From: an uncultured Chloroflexia bacterium
Lineage (GTDB): Bacteria; Chloroflexota; Anaerolineae; JAAYZQ01
Direction of reading: 5' to 3'
Assembly: GCA_963700285.1 (NCBI GenBank)
Contig: CAVOXA010000005.1
Span: 64,001 to 128,000 of the forward strand
Length of the DNA stretch: 64,000 bases
Positions 10,562 to 21,935 of the stretch are shown in pieces. Below the pieces are notes generated by a model. The model saw nothing but the letters and a program-made list of their open reading frames with translations, did no database searches and had not been told where the DNA came from. Made by a program: the position numbers and the translations under genes. Position 1 is the first letter of the stretch; the number at the start of each line of letters is the position of its first letter.

Positions 10562-11136
10562 AGGTCGTTGGCGAGGCCGGCGACGGGCTCCAGGCCATCG
10601 ACTTGGCGCGGGAGATGATGCCCGATGTCATCCTGATGGACATTTCCATGCCCAACTGTGACGGCCTCGAGGCGACCCGCCGGATCAAGAGCGAGATGCC
10701 CCACGTCAAGATCGTGATGCTCATCGTCTCTGACGACGACAAGGACCTCTTTCAAGCCATCAAGTGCGGAGCCCAGGGCTATCTGATCAAGGACCTGAAG
10801 GCGCACTTGCTGTTCGACGTGCTCGACGCCCTGGCCAGGGGTGACACCCCCCTCTCCTCCGCCATGGCCACCAAGATCCTGCAGGAGTTTCGGGAGCCCG
10901 TCGTACCAAGGGTCGAGATACTCGAAGCCGGCGAACGGTTGACTCCCAGAGAGATCGAGGTATTGGTGCTGATTGTAGAAGGGCGATCCAACAAAGAGAT
11001 TGCCAAGGCCCTCGTCATCTCAGAGAGCACCGTCAAGAATCACCTGCGCAACATCCTGGAAAAACTGCACCTGCGGAACCGGCTCCAGGCCGCAGTGTAT
11101 GCCGTGCGTCAGGGATTGGTCGCCGACTGCCCCTAG
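10471..11136 (+). CDS. NarL/LuxR-family response regulator
   Basis: VDDH, ILMDISMP receiver, LTPREIEVL...TVKNHLRNILEKL HTH. Confidence 0.93.
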   Translation: MREPLRVLLVDDHVLFRKGVDAVLATRPEIEVVGEAGDGLQAIDLAREMMPDVILMDISMPNCDGLEATRRIKSEMPHVKIVMLIVSDDDKDLFQAIKCGAQGYLIKDLKAHLLFDVLDALARGDTPLSSAMATKILQEFREPVVPRVEILEAGERLTPREIEVLVLIVEGRSNKEIAKALVISESTVKNHLRNILEKLHLRNRLQAAVYAVRQGLVADCP

Positions 11137-11264
11137 ATCCCGGTGCTACTTTACTGTTGACCTACTGCCCCCGGACAGACTGAACACTCTGCCGTCATCG
11201 CGAGTTCATCCGTAGGCCACCGCCGCCGCACTCCGAGTACAATCACTTCCAACCCTGTGATCGC

Positions 11265-12383
11265 GAGTCGCGAGGCTTTGAGGTCTATTTGGTCAACGCT
11301 CGCCACGTCAAGAATGTGCCCGGTCGAAAGACGGACATCTTGGATTGTCAGTGGATTCAACAGTTACATACCTACGTTTTGTTGCGCGCTTCCTTCCGGC
11401 CAGCAGAAGATATCTGTGCCCTGCGCGCGTTGGCGCGACATCGAGACAATCTGATTCGATATCGCTCAGCTCATATCCAGCATATGCAGAAGGCACAGCA
11501 GCTGATGAACGTCAAACTGACCGAGGTGGTTAGTGACATCACCGGCGTGACGGGTTTGAGTATCATCCGTGCAATGGTTGCCGGCGAACGGAATCCTCAC
11601 CAATTGGTTCGCCTTCGTCAATCTGCCTGTGCCAAGACCGAAGAGGAGATTGCCAAGGCACTCCAGGGCAACTACAAGCTGGAACACATCTTTGTCCTCA
11701 AACAGGCTCTGGCCCAATACGACTTCTATCTCGAACAGATTCAGGAGTGCGACGCCGAGTTGGAAGCGATGTATGCCACCTTACCTATCTCGCCGCCAGA
11801 TGACCGGGTTGATCCACCGCCCAAGCCAAAGGGTGGTAGGCCCCGCAAGAACCAAGCCCACTTTGACCTGGCTACCTCACTCTATCAGGTCGTAGGCGTA
11901 GACCTCACGGCCATTGATGGCATCGATGCCCTAACCGCCCACGCAATCATCGCTGAGATCGGTACCGATGTAAGTGCCTGGCCTACGGTCAAGCACTTTA
12001 CTTCCTGGTTAGGTTTGGCACCGCACAACGATAAGTCTGGCGGCAAAGTCTTGCGTAGCCGCACGAAGAAGACGAAAAACAAGGCCAGTCTGGCGTTCAG
12101 GCTGGCAGCACAGAGCCTGAGCCGGAGCCAGAGTGCTGTTGGCGCTTTTTACCGTCGGATGAGAGCAAAACACGGACCGGCTAAGGCTATCACGACTACT
12201 GCACACAAACTTGCACGCATCGTGTATTTCATGTTAAAGAACCGGACTGCCTATGCAGATCCAGGTGTCACTTACTACGAAAAACAGTATCGAGATCGCA
12301 CAGTTCGCAACCTGAAGCGCAAAGCTGCCGGACTGGGCATGGTCTTAGTGCCTATTCCAGCAGAACCCGCAACGGTTTCTTAG
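11265..12383 (+). mobile_element. IS110-family transposase, N-terminally truncated
   Basis: [50 protein letters not shown]; upstream in-frame sequence is unrelated and stops at 11181, so the first RuvC residues are missing. Confidence 0.88.
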
Positions 12384-12385
12384 TA

Positions 12386-12568
12386 GACGTGGATGCCGAG
12401 CTTGTCACGCCCACGGGCGCGGCCATCTTGACGGGCCTGTCTGCTGATTTTGGCGAGGCCCCGCCCATGATCGTCGATCCGGTGGGCTATGGCGCGGGGA
12501 AACACGAGCTGCCCTGGCCCAACCTGCTGCGCATCTCCATCGGTACGGCTGGGGCCAAGGCAGACTGA
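12386..12568 (+). pseudogene. larC: 3' remnant of a larC-like (DUF111, nickel-pincer cofactor) gene
   Basis: Frame from 12386 reads [17 protein letters not shown]...[28 protein letters not shown]; no start codon. Confidence 0.7.
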
Positions 12569-12607
12569 CGGCCTCGCGCTGCCGACGACTGCCACACCAC
12601 CTGGCAG

Positions 12608-14430
12608 CTAGCCTTCCATCCGCCGGTACTGGCTCATGTACAGGTTGTGATAGAAGCCCTGCTGCGCCAGCAGTGCTTCGTGATTGCCGCGCTCGATGAT
12701 CCGCCCGTCGTCGATCACCAGCACCTGGTCGGCGGAGCGGATCGTGCTCAGGCGGTGGGCGATGACAAAGGCCGTGCGGCCCTGCCATCAGGTTCAGCAG
12801 GGCTTCCTGAATGAGCATTTCGGTGCGCGTATCGACGCTGCTGGTCGCCTCGTCCAGGATCAGGATGCGGGGATCGGCCAGGACGGCGCGGGCGATGGCC
12901 AGCAACTGGCGCTGCCCCTGGCTGAAGTTGTGGCCCTGCTCCGAGACCTGGGTCTGGTAGCCCTGGGGCAGGCGGCGGATGAACCAATCGGCGTTGGCCA
13001 GTTTGGCCGCGGCATAGACCTCGTCGTCGCTGGCCTCCAGCCGTCCGTAGCGGATGTTCTCCATCACCGTGCCGGAGAACAGAAAGGTGTCCTGCAGCAC
13101 AATGCCCAACTGCTTGCGGATGGAGGCCTGCTGCACGGCCCGGATGTCCTGGCCATCGATGGCGATCGCGCCCGCGTCCACATCGTAGAAGCGGCTGAGC
13201 AGATTGATGATGGTCGTCTTGCCCGCGCCCGTCGGGCCGACCAGGGCGATGGTCTGGCCGGGCTTGGCCGACAGGCTGACATCATGAGCACCGGTTTGCT
13301 GCGGGTCGTAGCCAAAGGTCACCCCCTCAAAGGTCACCGCGCCCTGGATGTTCTCCAGAGGCAGGGCGTCGGGCTGGATCGGGCACCGATGGGGCGCGCA
13401 TCCAGCACCTCAAAGATGCGCTCCGCACCGGCCAGGGCCGATTGCAGGCTGTTGTACAGCATGGCGATGCCGCGCATGGGCCGGAAAAAGTTCATGATAT
13501 AGACCACAAAGGTGGCGATCACGCCCACGGTGGCCAGCCCTCGCAGCGCCAGCCAGCCGCCCAGCAGGGCCGTGGCCGCGATCGTGATCGTGCTCATGGT
13601 GGTGAACATCGGCCCCAGCGCGGCGGTGATGATATCGGCCTTGACGCCCGATCTGCGATTGGCGGCATTCGCCCGCTCGAATTGGGCGACGGTGTCCTCG
13701 GCGCGGGCAAAGGCCTGGACCACGCGGATTCCGGCGAGATTTTCCTCCATCACGGCGTTCATCGCGCCCAGGTTGCGCTGCACTTCGCGGAAAGCGACGC
13801 GGCTGCGGCGGGTGACCAGCGCTGGTGATAAAGACCATCAGCGGCAGCAGGATCAGCGTGCCGATGGCCAGCTGCCAGTTGAGCACGAACATCGAGACCA
13901 TGATGCCGCCCAGGGTGAGGATGTTGGTGATAAAGGTGATCAGGCCGTTGGAGAGCACCTGGTTGATGGCCTCCGTGTCGTTGGTGACGCGGCTCATCAG
14001 GTCGCCTACCTTGTGGCGGTCGTGGTAGGCCATCGAGAGGACCTGCAGGTGGCCAAAGAGTTCGGCGCGCAGGTCGGCAATCAAGCCCTGGCCCACGCCG
14101 ACCATCAGCACGCCATAGGCAATCGAGGCCAGGCCGCCCAGCACAAACACGCCGAGCATGATCAGCGCCATGCGGGCCAGTCCGTACAGGTCGCCCGCGG
14201 CGATGAACTGGTCGATGGCCAGGCCCAGCAGGATCGGCCCTGCCAGGCTGGCAGCGGTGCTGACGATCACCAGCAGGGCCACACCGGTGAGTCGAGCCCG
14301 GTAGGGCCGGGCATACGGAAGCAGGCGGTTGACGGTGGCGCGTGTGTCGCGGGCAGTTTCGCCGGTATGCGCCCTGCCGCCGCCAGGGCCAATGCGAACG
14401 CGGGGTGCTTCTTTGTTGCTGTTGGGTCAT
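12608..14430 (-). CDS. ABC exporter subunit (TMD-NBD), frameshifted
   Basis: TMD with [32 protein letters not shown], ends [16 protein letters not shown]. Confidence 0.85.
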
Positions 14431-16226
14431 GATGGCACCGCCTGTCCATTGCCCATCTGCGACCGATAGATCTCCTGGTAGATCGGGCTGCTTTCGAGCA
14501 GTTCCCGGTGCGTGCCCTGGGCCGACGATCCGGCCGTGATCCAGCACCAGTATCTGGTCGGCGGTCAGCACGCTGCTGATGCGCTGGGCGATCATGAAGG
14601 TGGTCTTGCCCGCCATCAGGCGGTCCAGGGCCGCCTGAATCTTGGCTTCGGTCTCCATGTCCACGGCGCTGGTGCTGTCGTCGAGGATCAGGATAGCCGG
14701 GCGAAATCAGGAGCGCCCGGGCGATGGCAATCCGCTGCTTCTGCCCGCCAGAGAGGTTGGCGCCGCGCTCCTCCACCAGAGCTGTCGTAGCCGTCGGGCA
14801 TGGCCAGGATGAAATCGTGCGCCTGGGCGGCTTTGGCCGCGGCAATCACCTCGTCGAGGGACGCGTCTGGCCGGCCATAGGCGATATTCTCCCGGATGGT
14901 GCCGCTAAAGAGGGTGGTCTGCTGCAGGACAACGCCGATGCGTTTGCGCAGGGATTCCGGATCCCAGTCGCGCACGTCCACGCCATCGATGCGGATCTTG
15001 CCCTGGTTGACGTCGTAGAAACGCGGGATCAGGTTGACCAGGGTGCTCTTGCCCGAACCGGTGGCGCCCAGCAGAGCCACCCGCTGTCCGGGCTCGACGT
15101 GGACCGTGACTCCGTCCAGGACATTTCTGCCACCCCGGTGGTCGGGAACCGGCCAGTTGCGTCATCGCGATGGCCAGTCCCGCTGCCATCGTAGTGGAAG
15201 CTGACCCCCTCGAAGGTCACCTGCCCCTGGAGCGCCGTGGCCCTGTGGGGTTCGGCGGCCACCTTGACGGCCGGTCGCGTGTCCAGCACCTCCCAAAATC
15301 GTCCGGCCGAGGCCTCGGCGCGCGAGACCATCGTCAGGACATTGCCCAGCAGCATCAGCGGGGCCATGCCGATCATCAGATAGCTGTTGAAGGCCACCAG
15401 TTCCCCCAGGGTCAGCCGGCCGCCGATGACGTCCCGCCCGCCAAACCAGACCACGGCCACAATCCCCAGGTTGGTGAGCAGGGTCAGCACCGGCAAGGCG
15501 ATCGCCATCAGCCTGCCGACCTTGATGTTCTCCTGCATATAGTCCTCGTTGTGACGCCGGAAGCGGTCGATCTCGTACCGCTCGCGCACAAAGGCCTTGA
15601 CCACCTGCACCCCGGCCAGGTTCTCCTGGACAGCCGTGTTGAGGGCTGAGAGTTTCTCCTGGACGACGATGAACAGAGGACGGGCCAGCTGCCATCAAGC
15701 CCCAGATGAGCAGGCCGGCCAGGGGCAGCACGCACCAGGGTAAGCAGGGCCAGCCGCGCGTCGATGACAAACATCATCACCACGCTGCCGACGAGCATGA
15801 GCAGGGCCCGCAGCAGCAGGGAGAGACCATGGCTGGCAAAGCCGCGCACCAGATCGACATCGCTGGACAGCCGGGTCATCAACTGCCCGGTCTGCATCGT
15901 GTCGAGGTTGGCAAAGGAAAAGGTCTGGATGTGGGCAAAGAGCTTGTTGCGCATGTCGTAGGCCAGTCCCTGCGCCAGCAGCGCCCGGCAGACGCCCTGC
16001 CCCAGGGTTGCCAGCGCCCCGGTGAGCGCTGTCACCAGCATGATGGCCGAGCCGCGCCAGATGGCGTCCATGTCGCCAGGCTCAATGCCCTGAGTCGATG
16101 ATATAGTTCAGGGCGCGGGGCACGATCAATTCCATGGCGACCGGCAGAACGACGGTGATCACCAACCCAATGGCGACCCAGCGATAGGGCCGCACAAAGG
16201 GAAGCATGCGTTTCAGCGAACTTCAT
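14427..16226 (-). CDS. ABC exporter subunit (TMD-NBD, degenerate site), frameshifted
   Basis: GQLMTRLSSDVD, GATGSGKS, LSGGQKQ, Walker B LDDSTS, IAQRISS; stop overlaps the next ATG. Confidence 0.85.
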
Positions 16227-16673
16227 TCGATGTCGTGGACCTCCATCAACTGGCTAATTTCACATAACGCGTCCGTAAATTTCGGACAGGCGCTCCTGGG
16301 ACAGGCTGGCCAGCCGCCGCCGCAGAAGCGGCAGACCGCCCAGCGGCGTGTTTTCGACAATCTCCAGTCCAGCAGGCGTCAGTTCGACGATGACGACGCG
16401 ATTGTCTTGCTGAGAACGGGTGCGGGTGACATAGCCCTTTCCTTCAAGCTGGGAAATCAGTGAAGATGTGGTGCTGGGGCTCTTGTGCGTGAAGGTCTGC
16501 ACCTGACCCACGGTGGCTGACTCTGATTCCAACAGGTAGCGCAGCACCGACAGGTCGCGGGGTGTCAAGCCGCGTTCGTCGATCAACTGGCGGGTGTGTC
16601 GTCTCAGGAAGTGTTGCAGCGCCAGGAATTGATGGAACACCTGATCGGAGAGGGGTTCTCCTGTATCATTCAC
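16223..16673 (-). CDS. MarR-family transcriptional regulator (3' frameshift near 16272)
   Basis: GLTPRDLSVLRYL...QLEGKGYVTRTRSQQDNRVVIVELTPAG; GGAGG RBS. Confidence 0.85.
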
Positions 16674-16708
16674 GGTTTATCCTCCGGCAGAGAATCGTTC
16701 TCTAAGGA

Positions 16709-16752
16709 ATATTTCGTTAACGAAGTATAACTCGGAATCGCTCCGTTGTCAA
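16709..16752 (-). promoter_or_regulatory. Sigma70 promoter with overlapping palindromic operator for the marR-ABC operon
   Basis: Minus strand TTGACA-17 bp-TATACT; palindrome ATATTTCGTTAACGAAGTAT at 16709-16728. Confidence 0.75.
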
Positions 16753-16903
16753 AACGCGGGGGATGACAGGCTGATTGTGCGGTCGGGCGGTGACTGGGCG
16801 GCTGCCAGGCGAGCCGGATGGGCGCATTCGGCCGATCAGCGTTGTAGACAGTCCGTGCAACGTCCGATATCGATAGCTATCCCACGACTTGTCCTACCGG
16901 ACC

Positions 16904-16932
16904 TTGACAACCAGCGCGATGGGTGGTATCCT
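16904..16932 (+). promoter_or_regulatory. Sigma70 promoter of histidine phosphatase gene
   Basis: TTGACA-17 bp-TATCCT with extended TG. Confidence 0.6.
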
Positions 16933-17017
16933 CCCCTCCGGTCGCCTGTGGTCGAAAGACCTCTGGCCATATCCGTGTCTTGGGTACTGCGCTTGCCACA
17001 AGGAGTGTTCCAACCAG

Positions 17018-17746
17018 ATGCAACTCTATTTTATACGTCACGCCCAATCAGAGAACAATGCCCGCTTTGTGCAAACCGGCTCGATGGCCAGCCGCACACC
17101 GGATCCGGATCTGACCCCCACCGGCCGGCTGCAGGCGCGAGTACTGGCCGAATTCCTAGAGCAGCGTCGCCCGAAGCCGCAGGCACAGGCCACCGGTCAC
17201 GATCCACAAAACCTCGGTGGCTTTGGTTTTACCCATCTCTACTGTAGCTTGATGGTCCGCTCAATTTCGACAGGAACAGAGCTGGCGCGGGCACTGGAAC
17301 TGCCCTTGATCGCCTGGGAGGACCTGCACGAAACGGGGGGTATCCATGACCTCGACCCTGATACGGAGGAGCCCGTTGGCCTGCCTGGCAGGAACCGGGT
17401 CTATTTTGAGCGCAACCATCCGGAGCTTGGGTTGCCTGCGGGCTTGGGCGAAGAGGGGTGGTGGAACCGGCCTTTTGAAGATCGTGAGCAGAGACGGTTG
17501 CGCGCCCAGCGTTTCTTGCGCGTGTTGCTGCAGCGACACGGTGGCACCCAAGACCGCGTCGCCGTGATCAGCCATGGCGGCTTTTACAACCACTTTCTGC
17601 GCGCTGTCCTTGTCCTGCCTGAGGAAAACCAGGCGTGGTTTTCGCTCAACAACACAGCCATTACCCGCATCGACTTTGAGGGCGAGCGGACCTGGGTAAG
17701 CTATATGAACCGCCTGGAGTTCATGCCCGAGGAACTGATCACCTAG
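17018..17746 (+). CDS. Histidine phosphatase (phosphoglycerate mutase) family protein
   Basis: FIRHAQSENN, LHETGG and VISHGG motifs; AAGGAG RBS. Confidence 0.9.
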   Translation: MQLYFIRHAQSENNARFVQTGSMASRTPDPDLTPTGRLQARVLAEFLEQRRPKPQAQATGHDPQNLGGFGFTHLYCSLMVRSISTGTELARALELPLIAWEDLHETGGIHDLDPDTEEPVGLPGRNRVYFERNHPELGLPAGLGEEGWWNRPFEDREQRRLRAQRFLRVLLQRHGGTQDRVAVISHGGFYNHFLRAVLVLPEENQAWFSLNNTAITRIDFEGERTWVSYMNRLEFMPEELIT

Positions 17747-17813
17747 CACGCCCAGTCAGGGCAACCACACAGCGTCAAGTGCGAGGCCTGGGCCTGCTGG
17801 CCCTGGACTCTGG

Positions 17814-18584
17814 CTAGTCCTTTCCCCAAAGTAGTTCAGGGCCGGATGCGGGAACCTGGCGCAAGCTCGGGGGGAGTGGGCCACTGAGGTCGTTGCCATA
17901 CAGGCTGAGCATCCGGAGATTGGTAAGCCGTCCTAATTCAGCAGGAATGCTACCGGTCAGATTGTTGCTGCTCAAGAACAGGCCCTCGAGCTTGGACAGG
18001 TTCCCCAGCTCGGGAGGAATGTTGCCCTCCAGTTGATTGTCGCGCAACATGAGGGCTCGCAGTTCGCTGAGGCCGCCCAGTTCGGGTGGAATGGCGCCGG
18101 TCAGCTCGTTGCTGTCAAGGTCCAGCTTTTGCAGCTTCGCCAGATTTGCCAGTTGGGGCGGTATGCTGCCACTGAGCTCATTGTTGTGCAGGATCAGAGT
18201 CTCCAGGTAGGCCAGCCCGCTCAGTTCAGCGGGGATGGTGCCGGAGAGATGGTTAAAGTACAGGCTGAGGGTCTTGAGCTGCGCTAGCTGGCCAAGCTCA
18301 GGTGGAAGGTTCCCGCGCAACTCGTCAAAGTTGATGCTGATGACTGTGACATGCCCGGCGGAACAGGTCACTCCGAACCAGGAGCACGGGTCAGGGTCTA
18401 CGAGCCAGCCCCGGCGGTCCTTCCAGCGGGGACCATCCGTCTCTTCATAGAATGCGACCAGTACGGCACATTCAGACGGAGGGATCGCTGTGACCCGCGC
18501 ACAGGGATCCTTTTCTTGGACACAGGCCAGGAGAAATATCACTACGATCATGGAACTCAATGCTGCTTGCTTTCTGGGTTGCAT
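17814..18584 (-). CDS. Leucine-rich-repeat lipoprotein with plant-type 24-aa LRRs
   Basis: Lipobox LLAC, PCSWFGVTC cap, about 6 repeats LxGxIPxELGxLxxLxxLxLxxN. Confidence 0.85.
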   Translation of the reverse strand: MQPRKQAALSSMIVVIFLLACVQEKDPCARVTAIPPSECAVLVAFYEETDGPRWKDRRGWLVDPDPCSWFGVTCSAGHVTVISINFDELRGNLPPELGQLAQLKTLSLYFNHLSGTIPAELSGLAYLETLILHNNELSGSIPPQLANLAKLQKLDLDSNELTGAIPPELGGLSELRALMLRDNQLEGNIPPELGNLSKLEGLFLSSNNLTGSIPAELGRLTNLRMLSLYGNDLSGPLPPSLRQVPASGPELLWGKD

Positions 18585-19184
18585 ATCCCATACCAAGAGT
18601 CTGCCTGGCCCCACTTGGAAGAGGTGGAACGTGAGCCGGAGACCGCATTGGAATCCGCCTGGCGGCCTATCCGTACATTCATATTGACAAAACACCTGCT
18701 TGACGGCTGCGTTACGCATCCTTCTGGAACTCTATGACCCTTTGTGACGGGGCGCCACCATGCGGCTGTGCGATGGCCTTGCCCCGATTGACCACCGCCG
18801 GGATGTCCGGTTCGCGAGGAACCCCGCCGCTGCCGGTGACGATGGCCTTAGCGTTAGCGCTGGGAGACAAGAGCGCCCTGCCTATGCCGGTCAGCTCGCC
18901 CATCTGCAGGACCAGCCAGAGGCTACCCCAACAAAGTCGCCTGAACACCGGGTGGAACCAATCGCCCCATTTCTACCAGAAAAAGAGCCCTGCCACGAGG
19001 CAGCACCTCCACTGAGCCCCCTAAGGCGGGGGAAAATAGGGAAGCCTGTCGCCAAGATTGCCAGGTGTTTTGGTCCAGGTACCCTGTCTGCCAGAGGTGG
19101 ACAAGAAGGGACAAAATGGTATAATGGGCCCAGTCGGGCTGGGGACTCAACCCATGGCCGCCACTACAAAAAAGGACTACCCTG

Positions 19185-20102
19185 ATGCAGCTTTCACCAA
19201 CACCGCGCCGTGTCAAGACAGCCCTGTCGCTGGTCTGCCTGTTGACCATGGGGACGATCTGCCTACTGGCCGGCTGTGGACCGAAGGACTCTGAGCAAGT
19301 GGGCGCTGCGCCCGGGACCGCCCAGGCGATCGAGAACAAGGGCTCCGACACGCTGGTCAACCTGGCGCTGGCCTGGGCTGAGGCCTATATGCCCGCTCAT
19401 CCTGAGGTGCGCATCTCGGTCACCGGCGGCGGATCGGGCACCGGCATCGCGGCCATGATCAACGGCACGGTGGACATTGCCAACGCCTCGCGGGCGATGA
19501 AGTCCGAGGAGATCGCCGCCGCCGAGGCAAACGGCATCAGCCGGTCGAGTTTGTCGTCGCCCGCGATGCCATCGCCGTCGTCGTCCATCCCTCCAACCCG
19601 GTCGATCAGCTCACTCTCCAGCAGATCTCGGACATCTATACCGGCAAGATCACCAACTGGAGCGAGGTGGGCGGCGAGGATCGCCCTATCGTCCTGCTCT
19701 CCCGCGAGTCCAACTCGGGCACCTATGTCTACTTTTTGGAGAACGTGATCCGCCTGGGCGACAAGGAGAGCGATCTGCTCTTCTCGCCCGACACGCTGCT
19801 GATGCCTTCCTCGGAGGGGATCAGCGCCGAGGTGCGCCAGAACCCCAACGCCATCGGCTACGATGGCCTGGGCTATGTGACACCCGATCAGAAGATGATG
19901 GCCGTCGCCCGGGATGCCAGCGGTCCCTTACGTGCTGCCCTCGATCGCCACGGTGAACGATGGCTCCTATCCTGATCTCGCGTCCGCTCTACATGTATAC
20001 CGCTGGCGAGCCAACCGGCCAGGTCAAGGCCTACCTGGACTGGATACTGGGCGAGGGGCAGGCGCTGGTCGTCAGAGCTGGGCTTTGTGCCCCTTGCAGT
20101 GA
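19185..20102 (+). CDS. pstS: Phosphate ABC transporter substrate-binding lipoprotein, frameshifted
   Basis: LAGC lipobox, KGSDT, GGGSGTG, SRESNSGT, ISRPLYMYT; extended -10 TGGTATAAT at about 19118. Confidence 0.88.
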
Positions 20103-20166
20103 GGAATTGGGCATTGGGATTCGATGGTATCGCGCAACACGCAGCACATCAGGAGTTGAGCATTGG

Positions 20167-21071
20167 ATGACACGCGCCGCCCGTCGTCGCTGGCTCGAGT
20201 TCGTCAGTCGAGGCGCTGATCCGGGTGCTTGGGCTTCTCCACCATCGGCTTTGTGGCCCTGATCTTTCTCTTCCTGCTGCGCGAGGGCTTGCCCGCTCTT
20301 TTTCGAGGTGCCGCTGGGCAACCTGTTCGGGCACGCGCTGGTATCCCACCTTTGACCTCTTTGGCACGCTGCCGCTGATCCTGGGCTCGATCCTGGTCAC
20401 GGTGATGGCCATCGCCATCGCCCTGCCCCTGGGCGTGGCCACGGCCGTCTTTGTGCGCGAGGTCGCGCCCAACTGGGCGCGCGAGATCCTCAAGCCGCTG
20501 ATCGAGGTGCTGGCCGGCATCCCCTCGGTGGTGCTGGGCTTCTTTGGCATGACGCTCGCTCGCCCCGCTCGTCCGCGAGGGCCTGGGCGCGCCGACCGGG
20601 CTGACGGCCTTCACCGGGGCGCTTGCTCCTGGCCTACATGGCGCTGCCCACCATCATCAGCGTGGCCGAGGATGCCCTCGACGCGGTGCCCAAGAGCTAT
20701 CGGGATGCCGGGCTGGCCATGGGCGCCACCCAGTGGCAGACCATCTGGCGGGTGGTGGTGCCGGCCGCGCGCTCGGGCATCGTGACCGCGGTGATGCTGG
20801 GCATGGGACGCGCCATCGGCGAGACGATGGCGGTGATGATGGTGACCGGCAACGCCGCTCGCATGCCGCTGCACGCTGGACTCGCTCTTTCGCCCGGTGC
20901 GCACCATGACGGCCACCATCGCCGCCGAGATGGGCGAGGTCGCCCAGGGCAGCACCCACTACCACGCCCTCTTTGGCATCGGCATCATCCTCTTTGTCCT
21001 GACCTTTGCCATCAACCTGGCCGCTGCCTCGGCGATCTTTCAGAAAGCGGCGGCGGGGAGGGCTGCGCTGA
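20167..21071 (+). CDS. pstC: Phosphate ABC transporter permease, frameshifted
   Basis: [40 protein letters not shown]. Confidence 0.85.
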
Positions 21072-21920
21072 TGAACCGCTATCTGGTGCAGCGGCTTGGC
21101 TTTGCCCTGCTGGCCTTGGCAACGCTCGTGGTCGTCGTGCCCATCCTGCTGGTCATCGGCACCATCGTTGTGCGCGGGATCGGGGCCGTCAACTGGGAGT
21201 TCCTGACCGCCATGCCGCGCGACGGGATGAAGGCGGGCGGCATCTTTCCCGCCATCGTCGGCACCTTGCTGCTGACCGCTGGGCACGGCGCTGGTGGCCA
21301 TCCCCGTGGGCGTGGGCGGCGCCATCTATCTGTCCGAGTACGCCCGCGACACGCTGGCTGACCCGCGCCATCCGCCTGGCGATCATCAACCTGGCCGGCA
21401 TCCCCTCGGTGGTCTATGGGCTGTTTGGCCTGGGGCTGTTTGTGCTCTTTCTGCAGTTCGGCACGTCGATCCTGGCCGGCTCGCTGACCCTGGCCATCAT
21501 GACCCTGCCCATCATCATCAGCACCTCCGAAGAGGCGCTGCGCGCTGTGCCGACCGAGTTTCGCACGGTCAGCGCCAGCCTGGGCGGCACGCGCTGGCAG
21601 GGCATCCGCAACGTCGTGCTGCCCCAGGCGCTGCCCGGCATCATCACCGGCGTCATCCTGGGGCTGCTGCGCGCGGCCGGCGAGACGGCGCCGATCCTCT
21701 TTACCGTGGCCGCCTTTTTTCTGCCCCGCCTGCCCCAGTCGCTCTTTGACCAGACGATGGCCCTGCCCTACCATCTGTACGTCATCAGCACCCAGGTGCC
21801 GGGCATGCCGCGCGAAGATCCAGTACGGCACGGCGCTGGTTCTGTTGGTGCTTGGTTCTCTCCCTGAACTTCGTGGCGACGATCATCCGCAGCTATTTCC
21901 GGCGGCGACGGCAGTGGTAG
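21071..21920 (+). CDS. pstA: Phosphate ABC transporter permease, frameshifted
   Basis: [41 protein letters not shown]. Confidence 0.85.
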
Positions 21921-21935
21921 AAGCATGACACGACA

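Noticed and set aside
11137-11264. IS110 bridge RNA
   Set aside because: The transposase 5' part is deleted, so this is not the native IS left end; no convincing two-loop structure
16945-16970. GAAA-tetraloop hairpin (GGTC-GAAA-GACC) as a riboswitch
   Set aside because: Only a 4-bp stem; no other conserved elements of known classes
18712-18948. 78-aa minus-strand ORF as a decayed gene fragment
   Set aside because: Protein-like composition but no motif I can assign
20897-21361. Natural PstC-PstA fusion
   Set aside because: Best explained by an indel near 21050; TGATG coupling at 21069-21073 marks the real boundary
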